A DNA stretch of 64,000 nt from the NCBI RefSeq assembly GCF_009914755.1, contig NC_060928.1. One strand, written 5' to 3'. The DNA comes from the human T2T-CHM13v2.0 reference genome, Homo sapiens. The notes under the pieces are model-generated. The model did no database searches, was not told the DNA's origin, and saw only the letters and a program-made list of their open reading frames with translations. Of this stretch, positions 24,268 through 37,359 are shown piece after piece (position 1 is the first letter of the stretch; every line of letters begins with the position of its first letter). The translations under genes were made by a program, and so were the position numbers.

Positions 24268-25054
24268 AAGTGGGGTTACCCCATCTTCATCCCAAATCCT
24301 TAAGAGAATGGCCTCAGCACCTCCTTCTATAACATCTACCCATATATTTACTTCTGGGTCGCAAACTTGTAGTTAATGATTTACTGACAGAGTTCATATT
24401 TTGTCCAGTCTCCTTTTCCATCCATTATAGTTAAAAAACAGTGTTCTACAACCATCTTGGGATTTTCTTCTTAAGGCTCCAAAACTATGTCATCTGCCAG
24501 ATGGTTCAAATATTCTGATTGGATCTCAGGGCATTGATACTTTAATTTCTAAACAATTACAGGTAGGAATCACAGCTTTGGACATCAGGGCAAGTTTTCT
24601 CCATCTTTAGGCTTATCACAGAACATAATTTTTTTTTTTTTTTTTACACAGGACCCATTCTCATGAGAGGGAGCTTAGAGTTCTCCTGGCCCTTCATTCT
24701 TCTCTTTGACAAGTAATGCTCAGTTTCTTGCCTTCAGGTAATCCTCAGTACAGTTTTCTAACCTTCCACATAAGAAAAAAATATTCAAGGTTAAGTCTTG
24801 GGTTAGTAGGGGAGAGGCTTGTGTAGTTAGCAGTGTCTTCCTTGCATGGGGGAAGGAGAGGTTGGGGCTCTGGGTGTCGTATATTTGCCTCCCTGCAGAG
24901 ATATTCTCTTCCTCCTCTTCTTGATACTCTGGTGACATATTCTCTTCTGCATTGGTATATTCTCCATAGTTCTTCCATCTTTCCTGTCTTCCTTCTTAAG
25001 CAAGAATCACCACACATGAAACAAGATAACATCAATAACCATCGTTTAGACTAA

Positions 25055-25265
25055 TAGCTAACATTTGTTAAGTATTTCCCTGTTACTAGAACTGCATGTT
25101 TGCAATTAATTCTCACACCAATCCTCAATTTATCTCCCCTTTTTATAAGTGAGAAAACTAAGGCTCAAGAGAGGCTAAGAAATTTGCCCAAAGTCTCATA
25201 GCTAGCAGATGGCAATGCTAGGATTTGAATCCAGGCAGTCTGACTCTATTCTTTTAATTACTACC
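25055..25265 (-). mobile_element. MIR
   Basis: 'tgagaaaactaaggctcaagagagg...tttgcccaaagtc...ggatttgaatccaggcagtctgactc'. Confidence 0.8.
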
Positions 25266-26204
25266 CTGATCTTTATGAAACAAGACGTTCACTTTACAAT
25301 GAACGTTATTGGGTTCTCATACCACTATTTCCAAGTTGGGATGATAAAGCCTATTTTTCAGATGAGATCAATAGCTTTAGCAAAGTTATTTTGTCCAAAG
25401 ATCAACAATAAGTAAGTAGAAGAACCAGCCGAAATCCCTCCTCTTCATCATGCTGCCTTAATTTAATTCTTGCTTGTTGCATTGCATTGAATTGAAGTCC
25501 CAAGGTCCTCTGTCTCAAGCCAGAAAATGAACTATGAATTGTGGAATGCACCTGTTTCATTGATTTTCTCTTGCTCTTTCTTGTTTTTATGACTTTGCGG
25601 GCCCTGTTGCTATCACCCTTTCATAGAATGTGGTTCAACAGTGTCCTCTTGCAGCCCTGTCCCCTGCTTCTGCCCCCAAGCTACAGCCAGACCAATCTAC
25701 ATTTTAAAGTTGTCTCAAAGTATATTCAAATCTCCAGATTTGAATATACTTTCTATTCAAATATTTGAATATACTTTCTATTATAGCCTTAAGCAGCATT
25801 GGATCTAATTTTTAAAAGATTTATTGTTGCAATTTGTGCTAATATCATTATAAAACTCAAGATCTGATTAATTCAAATGTATTCATTTATTTTGGATTAA
25901 TATGCATCCACTGACTAACCTCGGTATTCATTTATACACAAGATTAAAAACAGATTATTACATCCAAACAACTACCTACAGCAGGCAGCTTAAGTAGAAT
26001 TGCCCATTTCCAGTACAAGAAGGATAGCTTGAGAATTGTTTTTGCAATCCTGAAAGAGTCAAGGAAAAGAGTATCACATCTGGTGTATCATTACAGCAGC
26101 AGGTCTTCAGTTTCTGACTCACACTATCATTGCTGTCTGCACTGCCTCTAGGCTCACTGACACTTTGTCAGCTTTAGTTTTCCAATCTCTGGAGACACAA
26201 TGAG

Positions 26205-26455
26205 CACTCACTCATAAAATTATTACTACATGCCTGATCCTGAGTTGGACTTAGGACTTTACATATGCTGATTTAATCTTTGCAGCACCCCTTGGAGACA
26301 GGTACTGATATTATGCCATTTTTCAGGGATGGAGGGAACTGAGCATCAGAGAGATTAAGTAACTTGCCAAGGTCAACCTAATAAGTGTCAGAGACAGGAT
26401 TTGAACCCCCAAAAATCTAGCATCTGAGTCCATGCTCTTAACTACTCTGCTGTAT
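26205..26455 (-). mobile_element. MIR
   Basis: 'gagggaactgagcatcagagagattaagtaacttgccaaggtc...caggatttgaaccc...catgctcttaactact'. Confidence 0.8.
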
Positions 26456-27841
26456 AACTTTAGGATCTATCAGAACTATGCAAGAATTAAAAGGATCTTT
26501 GGATTTTTGCTCATCACATTTCTTATGCTAATTGGTGGTCTAGACATTCTTTACATATCAAGCACTTCCTAGGAAATCTCAAGACATCCAGTTCAATTCT
26601 GGACAAAAGGCAGTTGCTCCATAGATATAACTTTGAAATCACTATTGATTATTATCTCTCCATAATGGAATATAGAGAAAGGATATTTTTAGGATGAAGT
26701 TATTGGATTAATACTCTAGAATTTTACAGTTGAAAGATGTGAGTTTGGCTTGTACTTCCTTCAATTCTTAGTTCAGTCACTATGCTCATAAGTCCTGGGG
26801 AGCCTTAGTTTCCTGCTTGATAAAGTGGTAGTTTTATTTCCTTGTCTGACTTCTTTAGTCTGAGCCGTGAACTCCCATAACACATCTGCCCAATACCATG
26901 GTGCAGCTTCCTAGGCAGTTCAGGCCCTCATTAGCCTGGACCTGAGGAGCTAATCCACTGCAATTTTCTCCAAGTGCTTCACTACTGAAAGAGAGTCCGG
27001 AAAGCAGGTCACCTGTTTTCAATCTGTTATAACTTTACAGGCAAAGGTATTGGGTTGACCTTAACCACAAAATACAATTAATGAGTTGAAGTACTAGTGG
27101 AATGTTGGCCCTGAAAAAAACACCTTTCGTATATATTTCCAAAAAGGCCTTTCTTATCTAAGACCTCAAGTTTTAAATAACATTCCTAGGTCGACTTTTT
27201 ATAGCCTAAACATATCTGTTAGCTATCTACTGTGTGAAAAACATGTTGCCTCGTGGGATAGGAATGGCAGTAACAATAATAACCGTATTATAAATTTGTA
27301 GAGCAGATCTTTGTCAAAGTATTTTTAATGTACTGCATCATATTGAAAGAGTGGTGAAATGAGAGATCAAGGTTGAATTCAGGCTTTATCATGACTGACT
27401 GACTTTAGATAAGTTTCTGTCCTTCTTTCTGCATTAAATTTTTTATATAATTTGGGAGCTTGATTAGTTGACCCAAATTTTGATTTTCTATGATGCTTTG
27501 ATACTTTGCCTTAAACTAGAAGAAATAGTACCTCACAGGTTAAAAGGTACACTCTAGGGACTCAATAAATAATTATTGAATGAACTAGAAATACACTAAT
27601 TGCTTTGAATTACAGGCTCTGGCATAATCAAGTTGTGAGCATTCAAATCTTGGCTTAACTATTTGTGTCTTGGCAAATTCCTTGATCTTTGTTTCACCAT
27701 ATGTAAAATGGGAATGATCACAGCACTCATTTCACAGGCAAAGAGTAAAGGCAAATAGTAAATTAGGTAATAAATGTAAGGTGCTAGAGCAGTGCCTGGT
27801 TCCTAGCAGCTGGTCAGTAAATTGTTGGTTAAGAAATTTGA

Positions 27842-28256
<415 letters not shown>

Positions 28257-29049
28257 TTAAGAGTTGGAAAAAGAATCCTCTGGACCACTAGAAGAGGTTT
28301 CAGCTTTATCTGGGAGATAGGCATGTTTAAAGGGCAGAGGGAGAGGGGTCGGGTGAAAACTGGCTAAACATGTTGGAGCCCAAGAACCAGGTCTCTGGGA
28401 AGAATTTTATTCATTCTGATAATCCCAATGGTCAAATTTATTTTTTTTTAAACTGACTTTTTTCTTTTTAAAAGCATTTGCGTTTTCTTGTCCAATGGCT
28501 TGATTTTCCAGCATTTTACAAATTTGCAGGGACCTTATTGTCATCCCTGATGGACACTGGCCTTGCTATCCTTCCCCCATTCTCTCCCTTAGGAAAAGGT
28601 TCCGTCATCTCACATCCAATCAAACACCAAATCTTATAAATCTTATCTTCCAAAATTATCCATCCATCTGCTCCTCTCTTTCTTCACTTTCAGGTCAAGG
28701 TCCCTTTGCTGTCCCTGGTGCTGTTACTATGTGATAATCTCTTGCCTTTCTCTCTGCCTTTGGGATGGGAGCAACTCCTGGCTGGCTTCAGAACTTGCAC
28801 TCTTAATACCTTTACTATGCAGTGGGAAAGAGCACAGTCTGGGATGGGTTTGCCCAGATTGTTTTCAGCTTCCGCATATGTTTTTGAGATAAGTTACTTA
28901 ATTTGTCTGGCTCAGTTTTCTTATCTGTCAAATGTAGATTATAATAACAATACGCACCTCACAATATTGTTATGAATATTAAAAGCAATTATCTATGCTA
29001 AGCAGTTAACACAGTGACTGACTCATGGTCACCCTCGAAAATCAATAAT

Positions 29050-29119
29050 TTGCAGTCACCACCACCACCATCAACATCATTATCATTGCAGTCACCACCA
29101 CCACCATCAACATCATTAT
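29050..29119. repeat. Tandem duplication, 36-bp period, 2 copies
   Basis: ttgcagtcaccaccaccaccatcaacatcattat occurs twice. Confidence 0.95.
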
Positions 29120-30339
29120 ACCATCAGGGAAGTAAGGCTGGAATAATGGGCAAGTTCTAGGTGTCATTCACATTGCTGTTATCAGGGCCAGCCACTCACT
29201 GGCACATTGAGAGATTCCTGTTGAATCATTAAGACCATAAGACACCTGAAATCTAACAGATGAGAGTTGTGAAAAGAACTAAGGTTACTGAGCCTGGTGA
29301 AGCAATGTGGCCCATGGTCACATATTTACAAGTCTGTGGAAGAGGTGTTAGGAATAATAATATTAATAAAAATAATGTTATAACAGTAGTTGTATGACTA
29401 TTTCCACCACTACAACTACTGCTATTACCACGATAGGGAGACATTATGAAAAGTTAATCATGAGTTCACTCCCAGAGCTGAAGATGGAGAGCCAGTGGAA
29501 GGAAATGGTATGGAACAGACCACATTGCCTCTCTATCTGGCTTAGTCTTCCCAACAACCCTACACTACTGTTTTATTATCTCTCTATTTTATGTCTCACA
29601 GAGCTGAAAAAGGCAGAGCCCAAAATGCTTCTAAGATACCATATTCTTTCCCTAGATTTTTGCTCACCATTGAAAACTCTTTCTAACAATATCACACATC
29701 CAATGTGAAATGAATGAGCTGCCTCAGGATGCCGGGAGATCCCCCATAGGAGTTGTTCAAGCTGAAATCAATGTGTCAGGAGAATTCAGGCATTAGAAGG
29801 AGCTGGGATGCTATGACCTTTAAGGTGCTTCTGAAGTTGAGAGTCTTAGACTTTGTGAAATACTGCCTGTGGCTGACAACCTTGGAGCATTATAGTTTTG
29901 TTTTTCTATGAAATTCTATTTAAAGAGCTCTCTTTCGTCCCTTAGAGACCCCATGCCTCACCTTAAACAGCACCTCTGGTTTGTAAGAACATACTTAAAA
30001 ATACACTGTGTAGCTAGTTAGTAACCTCTATCTATAAATCCCCTCAATGAAATTCCAGGGCATTAATCGGCCATAAAGCTCCACAGAGAGGCATTTTCCT
30101 TAGCTAAAGTCAGCATTTTCTAACTTCCTGTAAATATTCTCTCACATGAAGCGGTTAATAGGTTTCCTCATGCAGAACATTCTTGGTCACCAATGGAAAA
30201 GTTCTCTAAAAGATGGATTGCTTTCCTGTGGCCTCAGGACAAATGCTGATCAGAATCCTTATGCTGCCTGACACCCCCAGTTAATATCAGAACTTGAAGC
30301 ACTGGTTCTAGGGCCAAATGAAGATGGATCCATGAGCAG

Positions 30340-30465
30340 AATTCTTGCAATCTTTCTGCCTCAGCCTCCCGGGTAGCTGGGACTACAGATGTGTGACATC
30401 ACACCCAGCTATTAATTTTTTTTTTTTTTTTGCAGAGATGGGGTCTTGCTATGTTGCCCAGGCTT
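30340..30465 (-). mobile_element. Alu (J-type) internal fragment, truncated at both ends
   Basis: 'ctgcctcagcctcccgggtagctgggactaca...T-run...gcagagatggggtcttgctatgttgcccaggct'. Confidence 0.9.
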
Positions 30466-31352
30466 GAATGTAGTTATCTAAATTTACATTTATTACAACT
30501 ATATAAAATTAAAAATTCAGTTCTTCAGTCTTACCCCAGTCACACTTCAAATACTCATTAGCCACACATGGTTAATACTCATTAGCCACACATGGCTAGT
30601 GACTATTACATTGGACAGTGCAGATCAGAATACTCACATTGTCTCAGGAAGTTCTTTTGGACAGCATTGACCTGGAAGGTCACTTAAATTTTAGAACTGG
30701 GATTAAATGTTAGGCCTTCAATGTTCTTTGTACATTATCATGCTCCAGAGAAAGCAGTGTGTGATCTATAGCAGATGCTCTTGAACTCCTTAAATAGTTG
30801 ATGAATGAAACGAGCGGGAACATCAGGGTGGATGTGTGAGTGTTGTGGTATAGTCGGGGGTGAGCACTTGAAATAGGCCTTCTGGCTGGCCCCAGATGTT
30901 AACCAAATTCACATGGTTAATGAGTGTCAGGGCTCAGACCTGGGTAAAAGTCCACAACTCTTCCCTTTAGAATGCCATTCTGCTTCTTTCTGTGTCTTTA
31001 AAGCACAGTGAAATCCCAACAGAAGTCAAAATCATTTCAGCCAAATCATTACAGATAATGCGCACATCTACTGATCATGGAGCATCTCTGGAGCACGATA
31101 ATGTACAAAGAACATTGAAGGCCTAACATTTAATCCCAGCTCTAACATTTAAGCGACCTTCCAGGTCAATGCTGTCCAAAAGAACTTCCTGAGACAATGT
31201 GAATATTCTGATCTACACTGTCCAATGTAGTAGTCACTAGCCATGTGTGGCTAATGAGCATTTGAAGGGTGACTGGGGTAAGACTGAAAAACCGAATTTT
31301 TAATCTTATACAATTGTAATAAATGTAAATTTAGATAACTACATTCCAGCCT
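30460..31352. repeat. Inverted duplication: arms 30460-30751 and 31085-31352, spacer 333 bp
   Basis: Manual alignment gives ~15 substitutions over 268 bp, plus a 24-bp insertion in the left arm. Confidence 0.95.
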
Positions 31353-31357
31353 AGTGA
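31168..31357 (+). mobile_element. MER3 hAT MITE (also copied, inverted, in the left arm at ~30460-30668)
   Basis: 'gctgtccaaaagaacttcctg...ctgtccaatgtagtagtcactagccatgtgtggctaatgagcatttgaa...gaatttttaat'. Confidence 0.85.
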
Positions 31358-32304
31358 TTTTTTAAAAGTTATTTTCTCAATTTTGTAGAACTGATCAGAG
31401 ATTATGCAGACCCCCAGCAGGGATGACTCTTGGGGGCAGTTCTCAGAACCCCTCTCTACCAGGGTCTCCTCTGAAGCAGTAGCACATGATTCTGCTGGAA
31501 CCTTCCTAGCAACAGTTCTGAAGCTTCGAGCAGTCTCCAAACTACATAAGAAAAGCAGACGGAATATTTAGTGCAGTTGCTGGAGCCATAAAAGAAAAAA
31601 ATTAACCAAACTTATTAGGCTCCCTGTTTCTTTTCATCCATAAAGCGAGCAATTGGCAATAAATGCCATTCTGCTTTTGAGCAGATGAACAGCCCAGTTG
31701 TGATAAATTCACCAGCATTTTCTGGAGGAAATATATTTTACTCCAGACAGTTTTAGTAGCGAAACTATATTTTTCAAAGGAGTTGTGAGGACACTTCAGT
31801 GAGGGTTAAACTTTTTAAACCAGTGTGAGGGCTGGGCTGTGGGAGACCCAGCACTCTTGGGGTTTATTTCAAAATCAGCGGAGAGGCTCATTTTTTTGCA
31901 GCTCTTTCCCTCTCGTCAGCATGCTGGCAGAATCTCCATCTTTCACTGCCTCTATGTTTTTATTTGATCCTACATTTCATCCTGGGATTAGGGAGTGTAC
32001 CTATATTACTTCTGGGTTTTTAGATAAGAAAAGTAAGGCTCAGAGGTAGTAACTAGTTTGCTTGAGGTCATATACCTGGTGGGTCAGGAATCTGGGATTT
32101 GAATCCTAATACTTTACCTTTCTAGTCTATTCATTCAATTTAGCTCTTGACTGGCAGAGAGAGTGTGAAGAAAGTGCAATGGCCTAGGAGGTAGAAAGCC
32201 TGAGTTTCAGCTATGGTTTTGAAACCAACAAGCTCAATCACCCTGGGCAAATCTTCTTCCTTTCACGTTATTTCTTATTCCCTACACAGTGGGTTCTGAC
32301 TTGC

Positions 32305-32392
32305 CTCAGACTGACAGGTTTTCTGTGATGTGGGACTTTTAGCTCTAAAACCAGGAAAATCCCAAGCAAACTGGAAAGAGTTGGTCATCCCA
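32305..32392. mobile_element. MER94-like hAT MITE fragment
   Basis: 'gggacttttagctctaaaaccaggaaaatcccaagcaaactggaaagagttggtcatcc'. Confidence 0.7.
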
Positions 32393-34761
32393 GTTTTGGT
32401 CTTGAACAATTTTCATTCTCTACAGTCAAGTTCTTAAACTCCTGTGTTTTCTTCCCAGCATCTCCCCTTTACCGAGGTCCACTTGCTGATGGACACACAG
32501 AGTTATTTACGCCTCTGCATGTCCCAGGCAGCTCTCATCCTCTCCCCTTGCCATTCATTCCCATCCCTGCTTCTCCACCTGCGTTCCCTATTGGAGTCAG
32601 TGGCACTATTGTGCATCCCATTACCCAACTAGCCATTAGAAGTGGTCTTAGAATGTCTCTGCTCTCTCACCAACATCTTATTAGTCTGCAGATATTGCCA
32701 TGAGTTCAGACCCTCATCATCTCTTGCTTGGACCATCACACCTGTCCTCAGGCTTTCAGTATTGTTCCCTTCCCCATTGGTTCCACCCATCATTTTATTT
32801 GATCAAGTAACCTCCGACTTTTTCAAGAGTCTACTTTTTTGATTGGGGGCACAGCTCTTGGCCGTGCCACTCCAACCCTGGCTCTCCAGTCCTCTCTAAA
32901 ATTCGATTCACTGTTAATATCCATCAGTACATTCCTTTTCTGTGTAAAGTGGCCAGTGTCTGTTTTGGTTGCTGGCATCCGAGAACTCTAGTGAATATAG
33001 TATGCAGTGATGAGTGGTGAGGTTTGTTCAAAGAAGACCCAAAGCAGAATAAGGCTCAAGGTGGGAGACTAAAGTGAGAATTTGTCTTCTGAACGGACAT
33101 CTGAAGACCAGGAAGAGACACGTGCTTGGCACAGCAGAGCTGAGAGTACTTAGTTGACTTGAGGAGGAAAGTGTCCTTTAGGCATTTCCACATATACACA
33201 GCTGGAGTGGTGGCGAGTATTCACACAGGAGTTTTGAGTCAGGTAAGCTACTGACCTGAGCTTTGCTCCTGGTAGGTTGATGCTTTATGTTTATTCAATT
33301 AAACAGCTCTTTGGCTAGTCAACTAACTTCCCTAGCCTTCACTTCCCAAATGGCACTGAGAAACTGATAGGTATGAAGGACCTACCCTTTGTGGTGTGAA
33401 GTGAGAATTCCTATGTAGAATCAGGCTGCAGTAATTTCTGCATCCTGAGGGTCAAAGAGGGCAGTGACAGAAATCATGCTTTTTATTATTCAATGGGCCT
33501 TTGATCATAAAAGGTAAGGCCTCTGGGCCTACTTCGGAATGAATGAAGAGATTAATTAATTTTAGGGGATCTAAAATTGTCCTTTGTAATAAATAATACA
33601 ATCTTTTAGGTTCTTCCTGGGGATCTTAGAAACTTGGAGAATAGGTGCCAGTGAGCTGGGTGAGGATAATGGTTGGAACCTGATTATTGGGGTTTGGGGC
33701 CAGTGGTGTGAGAATCTGTTGACAGAATGCAGATCCCAGCAACATAACAGCAGGTGCGTGTCCAGGAGAGAGATGGCTTGGGAGGGCTTGACTGATGAAC
33801 CACAGAAGCAGCAATGTCTGAGACTGAGTTTCTTTTCTATCTTATGCTGTAATTTTTTTTTTCTGGTTCCTAAGCTTTCAGGAAAATCTGTCTCACATAA
33901 AAGCGTTGTGTTTGAGTGCTTTGAGGAATGAAGGGGAGAGGGCTCTGTCCATGCTTGGGGTAAAGACATACAGCGACAGGACAGGAATTAGGCAGAAGGG
34001 GCATAAATGAGATTCCCAGATAGGAACCAGAGAGGAGGCGTTTGGAATACGAGGTGAGAGGCTACCATCAGGAGTCTACACACACGAGAAATTCCATATC
34101 ACCCAATACAGTCCAGACATATTCAGGAGGGGTCTTTCTTCCCTGCAGAATGCAGGATGGGGACTTGAGTAATCTAAAAATTAGAGGAAACTGTGAGTTT
34201 ACAAGGAGGAAATTTAAGTTACATTCATGCCAGGCAGTTTACTGATCTATTTACAAAAGGTGTATTGAGTTCCCACTATGTGTCAGATACTTTTCATATA
34301 TTACTTCATGGGATCCTAGCCTAGCAGGTAAGGTTGAGTGTTATGATGAACACCTGACAGATGAGGAAGCTGAGCCTTTGTGAGATGGGGCATTAATCCT
34401 GGTCTTGCCTCCTCACTGGTGAATGGATGGATCATTTTTGATAATATGTGAAAAGTTGCTTGGTTGCTGCTAGGCCCTGGGAAAATGCAAGGATTTATTG
34501 CCATTTTTAGATTTTCCAAATAAGGAACCAGAGCAGAGAGAAGAATGGCAAGGGAATTGTGGCCTCTACTTGGCCCAGTCAGTTGGAGTGTTAGTACCAC
34601 AGGACTCCAAAGCTCATCCTACTGCTTCTTCACTGCAGCTGGCTCCAATTGTATTAAGTGCTTTACAGGCACTTTTATTGGGTGGGCCTTGGCTAGTGTG
34701 GTTTTCATTTGCAGCTGAAATGCTTGAGGCTTAGAGGTGGTCCATCCAGACCCTTCTGCTT

Positions 34762-35200
34762 TGTATAGGCTGAATTGCATCCTCAAAAAAGATACACTGA
34801 AGTCCTAACCCTTGTTATCTGTGAATGTGACCTTACTTGGAAATAGGGTCTTTGCAGACATAATTGGGTTAAGAAAGATCATTAGGGTGGGCCCCAATCT
34901 AATATGGCTGGTGTCCTTTTAAAAAGAAGAGACAGAGACACACAGGGAGGATTCTGGGCGATAACAGAGGCAGAGATTGGGGTGATGCAGCTGCAAGCCA
35001 GGGAGCACCAAGGCTTGCTGGCCCCAGTCAGAAGCTGGAAGAGGCAAGGCAGGATTCTATCCGAGTTTACAAAGGAGCATGACCTTGCTGACATCTTGAT
35101 TTTGGACTTTTACTCTCCAGAACTGGGAGAGAATAACTTCTGTTGTTTTAAGCCATTCAGTTTGTGTATTTTGTCACAGTAGCCCCAGGAAACTAATATA
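34762..35200 (+). mobile_element. MLT1C-like solo LTR
   Basis: 'gtgaatgtgaccttacttggaaatagggtctttgcag...gcagagattggggtgatgcagctgcaagccaggg...ggaaactaatata'. Confidence 0.9.
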
Positions 35201-35693
35201 CTCTACGAAATCACCATAGGATGAAGTGCTCAGCTCTTGGATCTCTCATGCATGCTCTGGAAAAATCATTCTTATTCATTCATTCATTCATTCATTCATG
35301 TGCATGGCTGTTCTGGGCATTTTATAAGAAATACAAACGAATTCATGTTATCAAGTTAACTTCAATCTGGGGAAACAAGAAATTTGCAGCAAGAGGTAGA
35401 TTAAATACTGTGGCAAACAGAATGAGTCTCTGGGCCAGTCCTTAGCACTTGGTGGGTGTTCGGTATCACAAGGTGTTATTGTGAGTAACAACAGGTGAAG
35501 TGGTGGACCTATTACAGACAGTAGAATCATACTGGTTGTGTGAGGGTGTCATCCTCTCCAACCTCTACTCACTGCCTCTCTTAGAGAGTCTCCCTCCTCT
35601 CTCACTCCAGTGTTCTAACACATTCTCCTATTTATTTTCTTCATGGCTTGTAACACTCCCTGAAATGATCCTATGTATTTATTTGCTTATTTA

Positions 35694-35910
35694 CAGTAGG
35701 CCTTCTCCACCTTGGCACTGTTGACATTTTGGACCAGACAATTCTTTGTGGTTGGGGCTGTCCTGTGAGTTGTAGAAAGTTTCACAGCATCTTTGGGCTC
35801 TACCCACTAGATGCCAGCAGCACTCCTCCCAGGCATAACAATAAAATATGTTTCCAGACTTCGACAAATGTTCCCTGGGGGGAAGAATTACACTGTTTGA
35901 GAGGCACTGA
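35694..35910 (-). mobile_element. MER20 hAT MITE inserted in an L2
   Basis: 'ccttggcactgttgacattttggaccagacaattctttgtgg...ctctacccactagatgccagcagcac...gagaggcactg'. Confidence 0.9.
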
Positions 35911-37359
35911 TTTTAGGCCTGAGTCTTGAAGCAGGGATTGTCTATCTTGTTCTCTTTTGTCTCCCCCGCGCCTGGAATAGTGTGCTTACACAGTGTCACT
36001 AAGTAAATGTACGTTGGCAAGTAGACTGAAGAGCTACTGCAGAGCTAAGTTTGCTGTTTTGTAGGAACTCAGAAGAGAAGTACCCCATCTCTGGTTGGAA
36101 AACACTCCAGGAGAGGCAGCTTCAAGGAGATGGCATGTGGATGGAAATGTTTAGCAAGAGCAAGCTTTATCCTGGTCAGGGGCAGTCAGTGGGCATTCTA
36201 GGCAGAGGGAGTAGCCCTGGAAAAGGGGAGAAGGTAAGATGGGCTATGGGATGTTGGTGTAATGTTGTGGTGGTGAGGCTGGGGGTACGAGGACCAGCTC
36301 AGAGAGGCTGCAGGGACATTGGGACGGAGTCCTAAGGGCCTGGAAGAAGGCAGTGGCAAAGAGATAGAGTTCCACTTGGAGACGTCTGATGAGTAAGAGA
36401 AAGTTACTCTGGAGTCATTAATATGCCTGATTATTCCCTTGATTTGTTCTCTTCACTGACAGATTAGTGTTTCATGAAATGCTATTACCCCTATAGCTCA
36501 TATTTCTCTGGATTTACTTTTACTCAGCAACTATCACTTCTGATTATTCTTACATTAATTGTACATAACACTGTGTTGCTTTAAATATATTATTTTAAAA
36601 CATTTTGTTTTGCAATTCACTTTACGGTTAGAAATTCTGTAGACAGTGGTCATAAATCTCCCTTGAAAGAAAATGGAAGTTGTCTGTTTTAATTTTCTAT
36701 CAATTCCTTACTGCTTGGGAAAAAATAATAGGGGACAGAAAAAAAAAAAAACCCACCAAAACCCTTTTTTAAGCACTTGCAATTGTCCATGTCTTATTTC
36801 TACTAGTGGGTTGCTGTTTTTAAGCTGAATAGATTACTTTCAAAATGCATGTGCTTGAGATTAGGGTTTGAAGATGTTTTGAATAGAAATAGCAATTTAA
36901 TTTTGAGATGTGACCAAAAAGATGGCAGCAATGAGATTGAAGAAATAGCACAGACTCTGGATCAAACAGATTAGCTAGAATTCTGGCTCCTGTGCTTACT
37001 GGTTCTGTGATCCTGAGCAAGTTTCTTTCAGTCTTATTTATTTATTTTGTTTTACCTATACAATGGCAGGGGAGTGTAACTGGCCACCCCTCAAACTTAG
37101 TGCCATAAAAGATCAACAACGATCAGTTATTTTGTACACAATTATTTTCTTTTGGGCAGGGCTCAATGGACATGGCTTGTTTCTGCTTCTCATGGCAACA
37201 GAAATAGTCATGAGATTGGAGCTGGAGGATGCATTTCCAAGGTGACTTGATCATCCTAGCTGGTGAGTTGATGCTGACTGTTGGCAGGGAGTTCAGTGGA
37301 GTCTGACAACCAGAATGCCTCCGTGTGGCCACCCCAGCTTGGTGGTCTCAGAGTAGTTG

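Noticed and set aside
29050-29119. Short direct repeats as a CRISPR-like array
   Set aside because: Two adjacent copies with no spacers in primate DNA; simple duplication
33571-33969. 132-aa minus-strand ORF
   Set aside because: No recognisable homology or coding-like composition; within the length expected by chance in 64 kb
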